A stretch of DNA of 64,000 nucleotides from Candidatus Dormiibacterota bacterium (GTDB taxonomy: Bacteria > Chloroflexota > Dormibacteria > Aeolococcales > Aeolococcaceae): positions 128,001 to 192,000 of the forward strand of contig CAVPXI010000023.1 of NCBI GenBank assembly GCA_963709585.1. Direction: 5' to 3'. Below are positions 11,826-22,465 of this stretch, one piece after another. Numbering within the stretch: the stretch's first letter is position 1; each line of letters starts with the position of its first letter. The notes beneath the pieces were generated by a model, which was not told the origin of the DNA, did no database searches, and saw only the letters and a program-made list of their open reading frames with translations. A program made the position numbers and the translations under genes.

Positions 11826-12722
11826 ATGCCGGCAGTAACACTGCGTCAGCTGCTGGAGGCCGGAGTTCACTTCGGCCACCAGACCAGCCGGTGGAATCCC
11901 CGGATGCGCCCGTACATCTTCACGGCGCGCAACGGCATCCACATCATCGACCTCGAGCAGACCCAGAAGCAGCTCGACGTCGCCTGCGAATACCTGCGAG
12001 ACATCGTCGGGAGTGGCCAGAAGGTCCTCTTCGTCGGTACCAAGAAGCAGGCGCAGGACGTCATCGAGGAGGTCTGCCGCAACACCGGGCAGGCCTATGT
12101 CACCCACCGCTGGATGGGCGGGATGCTCACCAACTTCACGGTCATCCAGCGCCGCCTGCGCCGCCTCGCCGAGCTTCGGGTGATGCAGTCGAAGGGCGAC
12201 TTCGAGCGCATGAGCGGCAAGGAGGCCAACGACGCCCGCGACGACCTCGAGCGCCTCGAGAACAACTTCGCGGGCATGGCGGACATGAAGCGGCTTCCCG
12301 GTGCGGTCTTCGTCATCGACTGCAAGAAGGAGCGGATCGCGGTCACCGAGGCCAACAAGCTGAACATCCCGATCGTGGCGATCGTCGATACCAACTGCGA
12401 TCCTGACGACATCCAGGTGGTGATCCCCGGCAACGACGACGCGATGCGCAGCTGCCGGCTGATCGTGACCGAGATCGGCAAGGCGATCGCCGAAGGGCTG
12501 CAGCAATTCAGCGAGCGCGAGCTGCAGGAACGCCAGGAGGCCGAGAAGCGCGAGCGCGAGGCGGCGATCGCGGCCGAAGCGGCAGCGGTCGTGGCCGCCG
12601 AGCAGGCTGCAGCAGCTGCGGCGCACGCCGACGCGATCGCGGCGGAGCAGGCTGCGGCTGCGCCACCCGAGGAGCCGGCGGCAGCCGGAGCCGCCGCCGC
12701 AGCGGGGGAGGCGAAGAGCTGA
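11826..12722 (+). CDS. rpsB: 30S ribosomal protein S2 with an Ala/Glu-rich C-terminal extension
   Basis: Motifs LLEAGVHFGHQTSRWNPRM, RWMGGMLTNF, VDTNCDPD and IPGNDDA. Confidence 0.98.
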   Translation: MPAVTLRQLLEAGVHFGHQTSRWNPRMRPYIFTARNGIHIIDLEQTQKQLDVACEYLRDIVGSGQKVLFVGTKKQAQDVIEEVCRNTGQAYVTHRWMGGMLTNFTVIQRRLRRLAELRVMQSKGDFERMSGKEANDARDDLERLENNFAGMADMKRLPGAVFVIDCKKERIAVTEANKLNIPIVAIVDTNCDPDDIQVVIPGNDDAMRSCRLIVTEIGKAIAEGLQQFSERELQERQEAEKREREAAIAAEAAAVVAAEQAAAAAAHADAIAAEQAAAAPPEEPAAAGAAAAAGEAKS

Positions 12723-13375
12723 TGGCCGAGGTCACCGCGGCGATGGTCAAGGCCTTGCGGGAGCGCACCGGCGCAGGGATGATGGACTGCAAGCGCGCCC
12801 TGGTCGCTTGCGACGGCGACATGGACCGGGCCGAGGACTGGTTGCGTGCCAAGGGATTCTCCCGTGCAGCAGCGAAAGCAGGGCGCAGCACCAATGAGGG
12901 CCTCGTCGACGCGTACATCCACCACGCCGGCGGCATCGCCAAGCAGGGCGCGCTCATCGAGATCAACTGCGAATCGGACTTCGTCGCCAAGACCGACGAC
13001 TTCAAGGATCTCGCGCACACGCTCGCACTCCAGGTCGTCGGCATGGCGCCGACGTACGTCCGCCGCGAGGATGTTCCCGCGGACATCGTCGAGCGCGAGC
13101 GCGCCGTCTATCGCGAACAGGTGCAGGGCAAGCCCGAGAACATCGTGGAGAAGATCCTCACCGGCAAGCTCGATGCCTTCTACGCACAGATCTGCCTGCT
13201 CGAACAGCCCTGGATCAAGGACGACAAGAAGAAGGTCGGCGACCTCGTGACGGAAGCGATCGCCAAACTCGGCGAGAACATCTCCGTGGCCCGATTCGCA
13301 CGCTTCGCCGTCGGCGCTGAGAGCACCGAGAGCGACGGCGCGACCGCGACCGCGACCGCGTCTGTGGCCGAGTGA
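12722..13375 (+). CDS. tsf: Elongation factor Ts (short form)
   Basis: Motifs [16 protein letters not shown] and [11 protein letters not shown]; about 217 aa. Confidence 0.97.
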   Translation: MAEVTAAMVKALRERTGAGMMDCKRALVACDGDMDRAEDWLRAKGFSRAAAKAGRSTNEGLVDAYIHHAGGIAKQGALIEINCESDFVAKTDDFKDLAHTLALQVVGMAPTYVRREDVPADIVERERAVYREQVQGKPENIVEKILTGKLDAFYAQICLLEQPWIKDDKKKVGDLVTEAIAKLGENISVARFARFAVGAESTESDGATATATASVAE

Positions 13376-14160
13376 GCGTCGAAGCCATCAACATGGAACT
13401 TGCCGCGGTGGCGGGACGGGCGAGCGACGGACGCCGGCCGGTGTTCTCACGGGTGATCCTCAAACTCGGCGGCGAGGCGCTGCTCGGGACCGCCGGATAC
13501 GGCATCGACTACGGAGCCGCGCGCCAGATCGCCGAGCAGCTGACCCACATCGTCGAGCGCGGTGTTCAGGTCGCGATCGTCGTCGGTGGCGGCAACATCG
13601 TGCGCGGCACCGAGGCCGCCCAGCACGGGATCGACCGCGTCACCGCCGACTACATGGGCATGCTCGCGACGGTGATCAACGCGCTCGCGCTGCGCGACGC
13701 CATCGAGCAGTTCGGGATCGTGTGCCGGCTGCAGAGCGCGATCGCGATGCAGCAGGTGGCGGAGCCGTTCATCCCGAGGCGCGCGGTGCGGCATCTCGAA
13801 AAGGGTCGCCTGGTCCTCCTCGCCGCAGGCACCGGGAACCCGTTCTTCACGACGGACACAACCGCCGCGCTGCGCGCCGTCGAGATCGGCGCCGACGTGC
13901 TGCTCAAGGCCACAAAAGTCGACGGTATCTACAGCGCCGACCCGCACAAGGTCACCACCGCAACGCGCTTGCCGAACTTGACGTACATGGACGTGCTCAA
14001 TCGCGGCCTCGCGATCATGGACAGCACCGCGGTGACGCTGTGTATGGACAACCGCATGCCGATCATCGTCTTCGACCTCTTCACCCAGGGGAACATCGAG
14101 CGCGTCATCCTCGGTGAGCAGATCGGGACCCGCGTCGACGCCGAGGGCGACGCAGGGTGA
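13372..14160 (+). CDS. pyrH: UMP kinase
   Basis: Motifs [30 protein letters not shown] and KATKVDGIY. Confidence 0.97.
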   Translation: MSVEAINMELAAVAGRASDGRRPVFSRVILKLGGEALLGTAGYGIDYGAARQIAEQLTHIVERGVQVAIVVGGGNIVRGTEAAQHGIDRVTADYMGMLATVINALALRDAIEQFGIVCRLQSAIAMQQVAEPFIPRRAVRHLEKGRLVLLAAGTGNPFFTTDTTAALRAVEIGADVLLKATKVDGIYSADPHKVTTATRLPNLTYMDVLNRGLAIMDSTAVTLCMDNRMPIIVFDLFTQGNIERVILGEQIGTRVDAEGDAG

Positions 14161-14750
14161 CCGACCGCGACAAGCCCGACGACCCCGAGCAACAGATCGC
14201 GCAGCGGATCGCGGACGCGAACCTGCGCATGGAGAAGAGCGTCGAGGCCCTGCATCGCGAATTGATGACCGTGCGCACCGGGCGCGCGTCGCCCGCGCTG
14301 CTGGAGCGATTGCACGTCGACTACTACGGGTCGCCGACACCGCTCCAGACCATCGCCGGGATCAGCGTCCCGGAGGCCAGCATGCTGGTCATCCAGCCCT
14401 ACGACCGCACCTCGCTCAGCGCCATCGAGAAGGCGATCCAGAAGAGCGACCTCGGGCTCAACCCGAGCAACGACGGCCAGGTGATCAGAGTGGCGATCCC
14501 GCAACTCACCGAGGAGCGGCGCAAGGAGCTCGTCAAGGTGATTCATCGCAAGGCCGAGGAGGCGCGCGTTGCGGTGCGCAACATCCGCCGCGACGAGGTC
14601 GACCATCTGCGCCGCGTGGAGAAGGACGGCCACGTCAGCAAGGACGAGGTGGCCACCAAGCTCATCGATGTCCAGAAGGTCACCGATCAGTTCATCGCCA
14701 GGATCGACGACGCCATCCAGAGGAAGGAGGCTGAGATCCTCGAGGTCTGA
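14157..14750 (+). CDS. frr: Ribosome recycling factor
   Basis: Motifs [33 protein letters not shown] and VAVRNIRRD. Confidence 0.97.
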   Translation: MTDRDKPDDPEQQIAQRIADANLRMEKSVEALHRELMTVRTGRASPALLERLHVDYYGSPTPLQTIAGISVPEASMLVIQPYDRTSLSAIEKAIQKSDLGLNPSNDGQVIRVAIPQLTEERRKELVKVIHRKAEEARVAVRNIRRDEVDHLRRVEKDGHVSKDEVATKLIDVQKVTDQFIARIDDAIQRKEAEILEV

Positions 14751-14808
14751 CGGAGACCCGCGCCGAAACGGCCGACGCCTTCGGGGCGTTCTGACCCAGA
14801 GCCCCACA

Positions 14809-15603
14809 ATGCAGCGCCCACCCGCTCCCGCCGCGATCCCGCCTCCCGCAAGGGCGGACCTGCCGCGGCACGTCGGCATCATCATGGACGGCAATGGACG
14901 CTGGGCCCGCCAGCGCCACCTCCCGCGCGTCGCCGGCCACCGAGCGGGTGTCAGGGCGATCCGTCCGGTGATGGAGGCGTGTCACCAGGCAGGTGTGCAC
15001 ATCCTCACGCTCTACGCCTTCAGCACCGAGAACTGGCAGCGGCCGCGTGGCGAGGTGACGGCGCTGATGCGGCTGTTCGGCGAGACCATCGACCGCGAGG
15101 TCGGCGAGCTGCACGAGAACGGTGTCCAGATCCGGGTACTCGGGGACCGGGCGGGGCTCAGCGAATCGCTCCAGGAGAAGGTGGCGCAAGCCGAGGCCCT
15201 CACCGCGGGCGACACATCGGCGATCCTCAACGTCGCCATCAACTACGGTGGCCGCCGCGAGATCGTCGACGCGATTCGCGAGCTGGCCGGCACCGGCGCC
15301 GACCTCACATCGCTCGACGAGCCGGCAATCAGCGACGCCCTCTACACCCGCGGTCTTCCCGATCCCGACCTCATCGTGCGCACCGCCGGCGAGCTCCGGA
15401 TCAGCAATTTCCTGCTCTGGCAGGCCGCGTATGCCGAGCTTTACGTCACCGACACGCTCTGGCCCGATTTCGGCGAGACGGCGATCCACGACGCGCTCGC
15501 CGACTTCTCAAGCCGGGAGCGCAAATTCGGGACCATCCCTGCGCCCATCGAGCGTGTCCCCGCCCACGCCGGCACCGTTCAGCACGCCACCCGGGCGGAA
15601 TGA
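14809..15603 (+). CDS. uppS: Undecaprenyl/polyprenyl diphosphate synthase
   Basis: Motifs PRHVGIIMDGNGRWA, TLYAFSTENW and RTAGELRISNFLLWQ. Confidence 0.96.
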   Translation: MQRPPAPAAIPPPARADLPRHVGIIMDGNGRWARQRHLPRVAGHRAGVRAIRPVMEACHQAGVHILTLYAFSTENWQRPRGEVTALMRLFGETIDREVGELHENGVQIRVLGDRAGLSESLQEKVAQAEALTAGDTSAILNVAINYGGRREIVDAIRELAGTGADLTSLDEPAISDALYTRGLPDPDLIVRTAGELRISNFLLWQAAYAELYVTDTLWPDFGETAIHDALADFSSRERKFGTIPAPIERVPAHAGTVQHATRAE

Positions 15604-16412
15604 ACCTCGCCGTCAGGGTGGTGTCGGGGCTGGTGCTCGTGGGGGTCATCGTCGCCGCGCTCTGGATCGGGACGGCTGCGGTCGCCGCCGTGGTCGGAGC
15701 GGGAGCGCTGATCGGCGCGTGGGAGCTGCGCGGGCTCCTCGGGCGGATCGGGCCGACCCCGCCGCCCGCGTGGTTGATCCTGCCGCTCAGCGTCTGGCTC
15801 GGGATCCGGTTCGTCCTGCCCGCGTCGGACATGGCGACGGACTGGGCCTTCGCGGCGGCCGCGGTCGTTGGCCTGCTGGCCGGCCTCGGGACACGGGAGC
15901 GTTTTAGCGGCTGGGCGCTCGCGGTCGGCGGCGCCACCTACGTCGGCCTCTGCCTCGGGTTCTGGGTGGCGATCTACCGGTGGCACACGACCGACTCGAC
16001 ACATCTGGGGTTCCGGCTCGTCATCCTCGCACTCGCGGGCGCGGTGATCGGCGACACCGCCGCCTTCCTTGTCGGGTCCGCGCTCGGGCGCCATCCCTTC
16101 TTCCACTCGATCTCTCCGCGCAAATCTGCGGAGGGTGCGGCCGCAGGAGCGATCGCCTCGATACTGGTCGGCGCCATCGCCGGCCCGTTGCTGATCGGCA
16201 TCAGCGTCCCCCTCGGCGCCGTCCTCGGCGCCCTCACCGCGGTCGCGGCTCAGGGCGGGGACCTCGTCGAGTCGGCGATCAAGCGCGAGGCCGGGGTCAA
16301 GGACTCGGGCACGCTGATCCCCGGCCATGGGGGCCTGCTCGACCGGGCAGACAGCCTTGTCCTGCTCGCGCCGGTCGTATATTGCTACCTGAAGCTGATC
16401 GCATTCCCGTAA
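15600..16412 (+). CDS. cdsA: Phosphatidate cytidylyltransferase
   Basis: Multi-TM protein with ISPRKSAEG and GDLVESAIKREAGVKDSGTLIPGHGGLLDR. Confidence 0.95.
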   Translation: MNLAVRVVSGLVLVGVIVAALWIGTAAVAAVVGAGALIGAWELRGLLGRIGPTPPPAWLILPLSVWLGIRFVLPASDMATDWAFAAAAVVGLLAGLGTRERFSGWALAVGGATYVGLCLGFWVAIYRWHTTDSTHLGFRLVILALAGAVIGDTAAFLVGSALGRHPFFHSISPRKSAEGAAAGAIASILVGAIAGPLLIGISVPLGAVLGALTAVAAQGGDLVESAIKREAGVKDSGTLIPGHGGLLDRADSLVLLAPVVYCYLKLIAFP

Positions 16413-16470
16413 CTCCGCTGAAAGCGGTGGCGTGCTCTGCTCTACTTCGAATCGAGGGATCTGCTCACAA

Positions 16471-17631
16471 GTGACCCAACCCACGCCCCGCCGACGCGTC
16501 GTCCTGCTGGGCGCGACCGGTTCGATCGGCCGTCAGGCTTGTGACGTCATCGCCAGGTTCCCCGATCGATTCGAGCTGGTCGGTGCCGTGGCGGGGAGTG
16601 ATGGCGCCGCGCTGGCGGCGGTCGCGACTCGCTTCGGGGTGACCCGCACTGCGCTCGTGCACGGCGACCCGCGGGGTTCGGCGCCCCCCGGGTGTGCGAC
16701 CGGCATCGATGCGGCATGTGAGATCGCCGCTATGGAAGCCGATGTGGTCTGCGTCGCGATCACCGGGGCCGCCGCGATCCGGCCGACACTCGCCGCGATC
16801 GATGCCGGGGCCACGGTCGCGACGGCCACCAAAGAGGTCCTGGTCATGGCCGGCGAGCTGGTCAAAGCTCGCGCCGCCGCGGCCGGGGCACGCATCATCC
16901 CGATCGACAGCGAGCACTCGGCGCTCTGGCAATGCCTGCGTGGTGAAGACCCGGCCTCGGTGTCCCGGCTGGTGCTCACCGCGAGCGGCGGGCCGTTCCT
17001 CCGGCGCCCGATCGACACGTTTGCTACGATCACACCGGCCGAGGCACTCGCTCACCCGACCTGGAACATGGGACCGAAGGTCACCATCGACTCGGCCACG
17101 ATGATGAACAAGGGGCTGGAGATCATCGAGGCGCACTTCCTCTTCGACACCGACTACCCGTCGATCGACGTCGCCATCCAGCCGACCAGCATCGTGCACA
17201 GCTGGGTCGAGTTCCAGGACGGCGCCGTGGTCGCCCAGCTGGGCGTTCCGGACATGCGTGTGCCGATCGCGCTGGCGCTGGCCGATGGCGAGCGGCTTCC
17301 CGGTGTCGGGCCGTCCCTCGACCTTCGTGACGCCTCGCCGCTCGAGTTCCTTCCCGTCGATGGGGCCCGTTTCCCGGCTGTGGCGCTCGCGCGGGCGACG
17401 GGGAAACGCGGTGGGCTCGCCCCCTGCGTCTTCAACGCCGCCAACGAGGAGGCGGTGACCGCCTTCATGGCCGGAGCGTGCCGCTTCGACGAGATCGTCC
17501 CGCTCGTTGGTGCCGCGCTGGCAGCCTTCGACGAAGGCGACGCGTCGACAGTGGACGGCGTGCTGGCCGCCGACACCTGGGCGCGCGGATTCGTCCGCGC
17601 GAGCACCGCTCCGGCGATCGCGACGCGATGA
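16471..17631 (+). CDS. dxr: 1-deoxy-D-xylulose-5-phosphate reductoisomerase
   Basis: Motifs LGATGSIG, PIDSEHSA, LTASGGPF and HPTWNMGPKVTIDSATMMNKGLE. Confidence 0.96.
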   Translation: MTQPTPRRRVVLLGATGSIGRQACDVIARFPDRFELVGAVAGSDGAALAAVATRFGVTRTALVHGDPRGSAPPGCATGIDAACEIAAMEADVVCVAITGAAAIRPTLAAIDAGATVATATKEVLVMAGELVKARAAAAGARIIPIDSEHSALWQCLRGEDPASVSRLVLTASGGPFLRRPIDTFATITPAEALAHPTWNMGPKVTIDSATMMNKGLEIIEAHFLFDTDYPSIDVAIQPTSIVHSWVEFQDGAVVAQLGVPDMRVPIALALADGERLPGVGPSLDLRDASPLEFLPVDGARFPAVALARATGKRGGLAPCVFNAANEEAVTAFMAGACRFDEIVPLVGAALAAFDEGDASTVDGVLAADTWARGFVRASTAPAIATR

Positions 17632-18902
17632 CCCAGTTCCTCATCTACGCCGGCGCCTTCATCCTCGTCCTCGTCTCGGTGATCACCGTCCACGAGTTCG
17701 GACATTTCGCGGTCGGCAAGCTTTCGGGCATCAAGGTCGAGGAATTCGCGATCGGGTTCGGTCCCAAGCTCTACTCGCGCCGGATCGGCGAGACCCTCTA
17801 CGCGATTCGAGCGATCCCCGCCGGCGGTTTCGTGCGTATGGCCGGCATGCTCGGGCTCACCGGCGAAAGTGATGCCGGGGAACGCAACTTCTACCGCGCG
17901 TCGCGTCCCCGGCGCTTCGCGACCGTGTCGGCGGGCATCGTCGTGAACTTCATCTTCGGCGGGCTGATCTTCGCGATCGTCGACATGCAGCCGACCCCGT
18001 ACAACTTTGCATCGCACGCAGCCGCGGGGAAGGCGGGGCTCGTGTCCGGCGACACCATCCTCGCGATCAATGGGCATGTGATCCGCCAGGACAACGCCGC
18101 GGATGTCACCACCGATCTGCACAACGCGACCATCGCAAGCCAGGGAAACCCGCTGACGGTTCTCTACCGCGCCTCGGACGGCAGCACCCACACGACGACG
18201 CTGACGCCAACGCTCACCATCACCAACATCGTCAGCGGCGGGACGCTGCCCGAAGGTGCACTCGCGGTGACGTCGATCAACGGAACCCCGGTCGGCAGCG
18301 GCGACCCGGCGACGCTGCTGGGCAGCGGCTCCCCGATCACGATCAGCGGCTTCCTCGAGAACGCCGACGGATCGCCATCCCGGTACTTCACGAACGTCAC
18401 CGTGTCCGGGATCAAGGACGGCTACGCGACCAACAACGCGATCCGGGCGAGCTGGATCATGGGCGTCGTCCCCGGCTTCGACGGCTTGAGCGCGCCGGCT
18501 GCGATCGCCACCGGTTTCAGCGCGATCCCGACGTTCATCTGGGCTGAGGTCACCGGGATCTACGGCCTCATCGTCCACCCGCCCCAGGGCGGGATCAACG
18601 GTCCGCAGGGCTTCACCGGGCCTGTCGGCATCGCGCAGGAGACGGCCGTCGCCACCAACAATGGATTTCTCGGACCGAACGGGCTGGTGTGGTGGATCGG
18701 GTTCATCAGCCTCAACCTCGGATTCGTCAACATGCTGCCGATCCCGTTCCTCGACGGCGGAAAACTGCTTTTCATCCTCATCGAATCGGTGCGCCGCCGC
18801 CGCCTCAACCCGAAGGTCGAGGCGGCCATCACCGCGGTCGGGCTGGCGGTGATCGTCGTCTTCGCCGTGTATGTCACCATCGGAGACGTGACCCGGCTAT
18901 GA
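17628..18902 (+). CDS. rseP: RseP/RasP site-2 intramembrane metalloprotease (M50)
   Basis: Zinc motif HEFGH, FAIGFGP, GGFVRM and NMLPIPFLDGG, plus a PDZ-like segment with an extra insert. Confidence 0.93.
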   Translation: MTQFLIYAGAFILVLVSVITVHEFGHFAVGKLSGIKVEEFAIGFGPKLYSRRIGETLYAIRAIPAGGFVRMAGMLGLTGESDAGERNFYRASRPRRFATVSAGIVVNFIFGGLIFAIVDMQPTPYNFASHAAAGKAGLVSGDTILAINGHVIRQDNAADVTTDLHNATIASQGNPLTVLYRASDGSTHTTTLTPTLTITNIVSGGTLPEGALAVTSINGTPVGSGDPATLLGSGSPITISGFLENADGSPSRYFTNVTVSGIKDGYATNNAIRASWIMGVVPGFDGLSAPAAIATGFSAIPTFIWAEVTGIYGLIVHPPQGGINGPQGFTGPVGIAQETAVATNNGFLGPNGLVWWIGFISLNLGFVNMLPIPFLDGGKLLFILIESVRRRRLNPKVEAAITAVGLAVIVVFAVYVTIGDVTRL

Positions 18903-20068
18903 CCACCCAGAACGCGCAGACCAAAGAGCGCAGGCCGACGGTTCCGGTTCGCGTCGGGACGGTCGTCATCGGTGGGGCCGCACCGATCGCGGTGCAGACC
19001 ATGACCAAGACCCAGACCGAGGACGCTGCCGCAACCATCGCCCAGATCGAGCGTGCCGCCAAGGCGGGCGCCGATGTCATCCGGGTGACGTGCGACACCC
19101 GTGATGCCGCGGCGGCGTTGCACGAGATCGTGCGCGAGTCGCCGATCCCGATCGTCGCCGACATCCACTACGACGCACCGCTCGCGCTGCTCGCGCTCGA
19201 AGCCGGGGTGCACTGCCTGCGCCTCAACCCGGGCAACATCACCGACAGCGCGAAGGTCGCCGACATCGCGCGCGAGGCGAAGGCGCGCAACGTGCCCATT
19301 CGCATCGGCGTTAACGCGGGCAGCATCCCGCAGCGCAAGGAGCTGACCCGCGGACGCGGCGGATCCATCGAGGAGACGGCACAGAACATGGTCGCCGCCG
19401 CGTTGAGCCATATCCGGGTGCTCGAGGAGCTCGACTTCCGCGACATCAAGGTCTCGCTCAAGGCGAGCGACGTGCTCACCAACCTCGCGGCCAACCGAGC
19501 CTTCGTCGCACTCGGCAACCGCTACCCGTTGCACCTCGGGCTCACCGAAGCGGGGCCGGTGGACACGGGGAGCATCAAGAGTGCTCTCGGGATCGGCCTC
19601 CTGCTCGCCGAGGGGATCGGGGACACGATCCGCGTCTCTCTGGTCGGCTCGCCCGAGGAGGAGGTGCGGGTCGCGCGTCAGATCCTCGCCAATCTCCAGG
19701 AGCGCGGCGATGGGCCGAACCTGGTCGCCTGCCCGACCTGCGGCCGGCTCGAGATCGACATGATGCCGATGGTCGCGCAGGTGTCCAAGGCACTCGAGGG
19801 CGTGAAGCGAACCATCACGGTGTCGGTGATGGGCTGCGTCGTCAACGGGCCCGGCGAGGGCATGCATGCGGACATCGGCATCGCCGGCGGCCGCCAGAAG
19901 GGCATTCTGTATCGCAATGGCAAGGTGGTCTCGACCCTGCCCGAGGGTGAGCTCGTGAGCGCGCTGCTCGATGAGTTGCACGAGATCGCCGAGGAAGATG
20001 CACGGCTGATCGCCGACGGCAAACCGCTGCCCGTCGGTCTGAGCGAGCGCGAGGCCGTCCTCACGTAG
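18899..20068 (+). CDS. ispG: HMB-PP synthase IspG/GcpE
   Basis: Motifs IVADIHY, RLNPGNI, IRIGVNAGS, GIGDTIRVSL, and Fe-S ligands ACPTCGR and MGCVVNGPGE. Confidence 0.97.
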   Translation: MTTQNAQTKERRPTVPVRVGTVVIGGAAPIAVQTMTKTQTEDAAATIAQIERAAKAGADVIRVTCDTRDAAAALHEIVRESPIPIVADIHYDAPLALLALEAGVHCLRLNPGNITDSAKVADIAREAKARNVPIRIGVNAGSIPQRKELTRGRGGSIEETAQNMVAAALSHIRVLEELDFRDIKVSLKASDVLTNLAANRAFVALGNRYPLHLGLTEAGPVDTGSIKSALGIGLLLAEGIGDTIRVSLVGSPEEEVRVARQILANLQERGDGPNLVACPTCGRLEIDMMPMVAQVSKALEGVKRTITVSVMGCVVNGPGEGMHADIGIAGGRQKGILYRNGKVVSTLPEGELVSALLDELHEIAEEDARLIADGKPLPVGLSEREAVLT

Positions 20069-20079
20069 ACTGCTCGGCC

Positions 20080-21525
20080 ATGGCCGACGAAAAGCGAATC
20101 ACCGCGCAGAGCGAGGATTTTGATCGCTGGTACACGGACGTGGTCCGTCGTGCCGAGCTCGCCGACTACTCGCCGGTGCGCGGCTGCATGGTCATCCGTC
20201 CGTATGGATATGCGCTGTGGGAGCACATCCAGCGCGCGCTCGACGACATGATCAAGCGCACCGGTCACGAGAACATGTACTTCCCGCTCTTCATCCCGGA
20301 GTCGTACCTGCAGAAGGAGGCGGATCACGTCGAGGGCTTCGACCCACAGGTGGCGTGGGTGACCCGCGGCGGCGGCAAGGATCTCGAGGAGCGGCTTGCG
20401 GTGCGGCCGACGAGCGAGACGATCATCGCCTCGATGTTCGCCGGCTGGATCCACTCGTGGCGCGACCTCCCCGTGAAGATCAACCAGTGGTGCAACGTCG
20501 TGCGCTGGGAGCATCGCACCCGGCTGTTCCTGCGCACCACCGAGTTTCTCTGGCAGGAGGGCCACACGTTCCATCAGCTCGACAGCGAAGCGGCCTACGA
20601 GGTCGACACCATGCTCGACTGCTACCGCGAGCTCACCGAGGACTGGCTGGCCATCCCCGTGATCAAAGGGCGAAAGACGGAATCAGAGACGTTTCCCGGC
20701 GCGCGCTACACGGTCAGCATCGAGGCGATGATGGGCGACGGCTGGGCGCTGCAATCGGGCACGTCCCACCACCTCGGTCAGAACTTCACCCGCGCGTACG
20801 ACGTCGCGTACAGCGACCGCGACAACCAGCGCCAGCACCCATTTGAGACGTCGTGGGGACTCTCGACGCGCACGGTCGGCGCGGTGATCATGGCCCACGG
20901 CGATGACATGGGACTGATCCTCCCGCCGAAGGTGGCTCCGGTGCAGGTTGTCGTGGTGCCGATCACACGCAGCAATGACGAGGCGGGCGCCGCGGTCGTG
21001 GAGGAGGCGGCCGCGCGTCTCGAGCGCGAGTGCCCCGCAGGGGTCCGCCTGCGAGTCGACCGTCGCGAGGGGATGCGCCCCGGCGAGAAGTACGCGCACT
21101 GGGAGTTGCGCGGCGTCCCGTTGCGCATCGTCGTCGGGGCCAAGGATCTGGCCGGCGGCAACGTCACCCTGGTGCATCGCGTCGACGGCACACAGGAGAC
21201 CGTACCCCTCACCGGGCTGGCGGCCGAACTCCCGCGCCTGCTCGAGGCATCTCAGCGGGCGATCTTCGAACGCGCTCGCAGGCGCCTCGACGAGCGCAGC
21301 GTCGACGTCTCCAGTGTCGACGAGTTGATTGCGGCATTCGCGGAGCGCCCGGTCTTCGCGACCGCGCCGATGTGCAACACCGAGGAGTGCGAGACCGCGG
21401 TCAAGAATGCGGTGCATGCGCTGACCGTGCGCGTGCTGCGTGCCGACCGGCCCGCGGACGGTGCGCCGTGCATCGCCTGTGGGAAACCCGCCGAGTTCTA
21501 CGCGCTCCTCGCCCGCTCGTACTGA
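20080..21525 (+). CDS. proS: Proline--tRNA ligase, archaeal/eukaryote-like type
   Basis: Motifs VRGCMVIRPYGY, RPTSET, RTTEFLWQEGH and GTSHHLGQNF. It has a C-terminal Cys-containing domain ending ARSY and no INS editing domain. Confidence 0.96.
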   Translation: MADEKRITAQSEDFDRWYTDVVRRAELADYSPVRGCMVIRPYGYALWEHIQRALDDMIKRTGHENMYFPLFIPESYLQKEADHVEGFDPQVAWVTRGGGKDLEERLAVRPTSETIIASMFAGWIHSWRDLPVKINQWCNVVRWEHRTRLFLRTTEFLWQEGHTFHQLDSEAAYEVDTMLDCYRELTEDWLAIPVIKGRKTESETFPGARYTVSIEAMMGDGWALQSGTSHHLGQNFTRAYDVAYSDRDNQRQHPFETSWGLSTRTVGAVIMAHGDDMGLILPPKVAPVQVVVVPITRSNDEAGAAVVEEAAARLERECPAGVRLRVDRREGMRPGEKYAHWELRGVPLRIVVGAKDLAGGNVTLVHRVDGTQETVPLTGLAAELPRLLEASQRAIFERARRRLDERSVDVSSVDELIAAFAERPVFATAPMCNTEECETAVKNAVHALTVRVLRADRPADGAPCIACGKPAEFYALLARSY

Positions 21526-21534
21526 GGCGCGTTC

Positions 21535-22458
21535 TCAGGACTGATCGACAGAGATCCGCTCGAGGTGCGCCCAGAAGGCATCGACCGCGGGAGTGTGCAG
21601 GTCGCGGCGTCGCGCCGCGGCGAACGACTGCGAAACTCCGCGCCCGGGGAGCGGGATGATCACGAGCCGTCCGGCGGCGATGTCCTGTTCGACGACCGAG
21701 CGCGGCATGGCCGCGAACCCAAGCCCGGCAAGGAGTGCCGCGTGGAGCGCGCCCTCTTCGAGCTCGAGCGTGTTCTCGGGGTCGACGTGGGCGCCGAGTG
21801 CGTGCGCGGCCAGCGCCTCGGTCGCGCTCCCGCGCTCATGGGCGAGATGGCGATGGGTCACGAGGTCGCGCACCGCGGTGCGGCTCGACGCCAGCGGATG
21901 ATGCGCGGCGACCACGGTCACCAATTGCGTGTGTTCGAGGACAACCGTCTCGACGCCGGGGACGCGCACCGACGACCCGGCGAGGATGATGTCGGCCCGA
22001 CCCTCGACGAGCATCGCGACCAGGGACCGCATCGGCGCCAGCGCGAGCCGCACGTTGATCTCGGGATGCTCGGCGACAAAGGGCGCGAGCCAGTCCGACA
22101 ATCGATGCGCGCCCATGACGCGTCCCGCCGCAACGGTCAGCTCACCACGCTCGAAGGCGAGGTACCCGGCGCGCAGCTCCTCGATCTGGCCCACATCCTC
22201 GAGGACGCGAACCGCGAGCTGGCGGAGCGCACGGCCGACGTCGGTGAGCTGCACGTTCCGACCTACGCGCTGGAGCAGCGGCAGACCGAGGGTGGCCTCG
22301 AGGCGTCGCACCACGCCGCTGACCGATCCCTGGGAGAGGCCGAGCGCCTCGGCGGCGGCGGTCACGTGCTCGCGTTCGGCGACCGCGAGAAAGGTATGCA
22401 GCTGATCGAGGGTGATCCGGGGCCGCGGGTGTCGAGGACGCGTCTGCGGCGTGCGCAT
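21535..22458 (-). CDS. LysR family regulator (CysL/CmpR-like), probably linked to sulfur metabolism
   Basis: HTH ITLDQLHTFLAVAEREHVTAAAEALGLSQ...LTDVG; co-oriented directly after cysC. Confidence 0.88.
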   Translation of the reverse strand: MRTPQTRPRHPRPRITLDQLHTFLAVAEREHVTAAAEALGLSQGSVSGVVRRLEATLGLPLLQRVGRNVQLTDVGRALRQLAVRVLEDVGQIEELRAGYLAFERGELTVAAGRVMGAHRLSDWLAPFVAEHPEINVRLALAPMRSLVAMLVEGRADIILAGSSVRVPGVETVVLEHTQLVTVVAAHHPLASSRTAVRDLVTHRHLAHERGSATEALAAHALGAHVDPENTLELEEGALHAALLAGLGFAAMPRSVVEQDIAAGRLVIIPLPGRGVSQSFAAARRRDLHTPAVDAFWAHLERISVDQS

Positions 22459-22465
22459 CGCGGCG

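Noticed and set aside
14755-14795. Two small hairpins between frr and uppS
   Set aside because: The stems are only 4-5 bp and there is no U tract or recognisable RNA family, so they cannot be told from chance at this GC.
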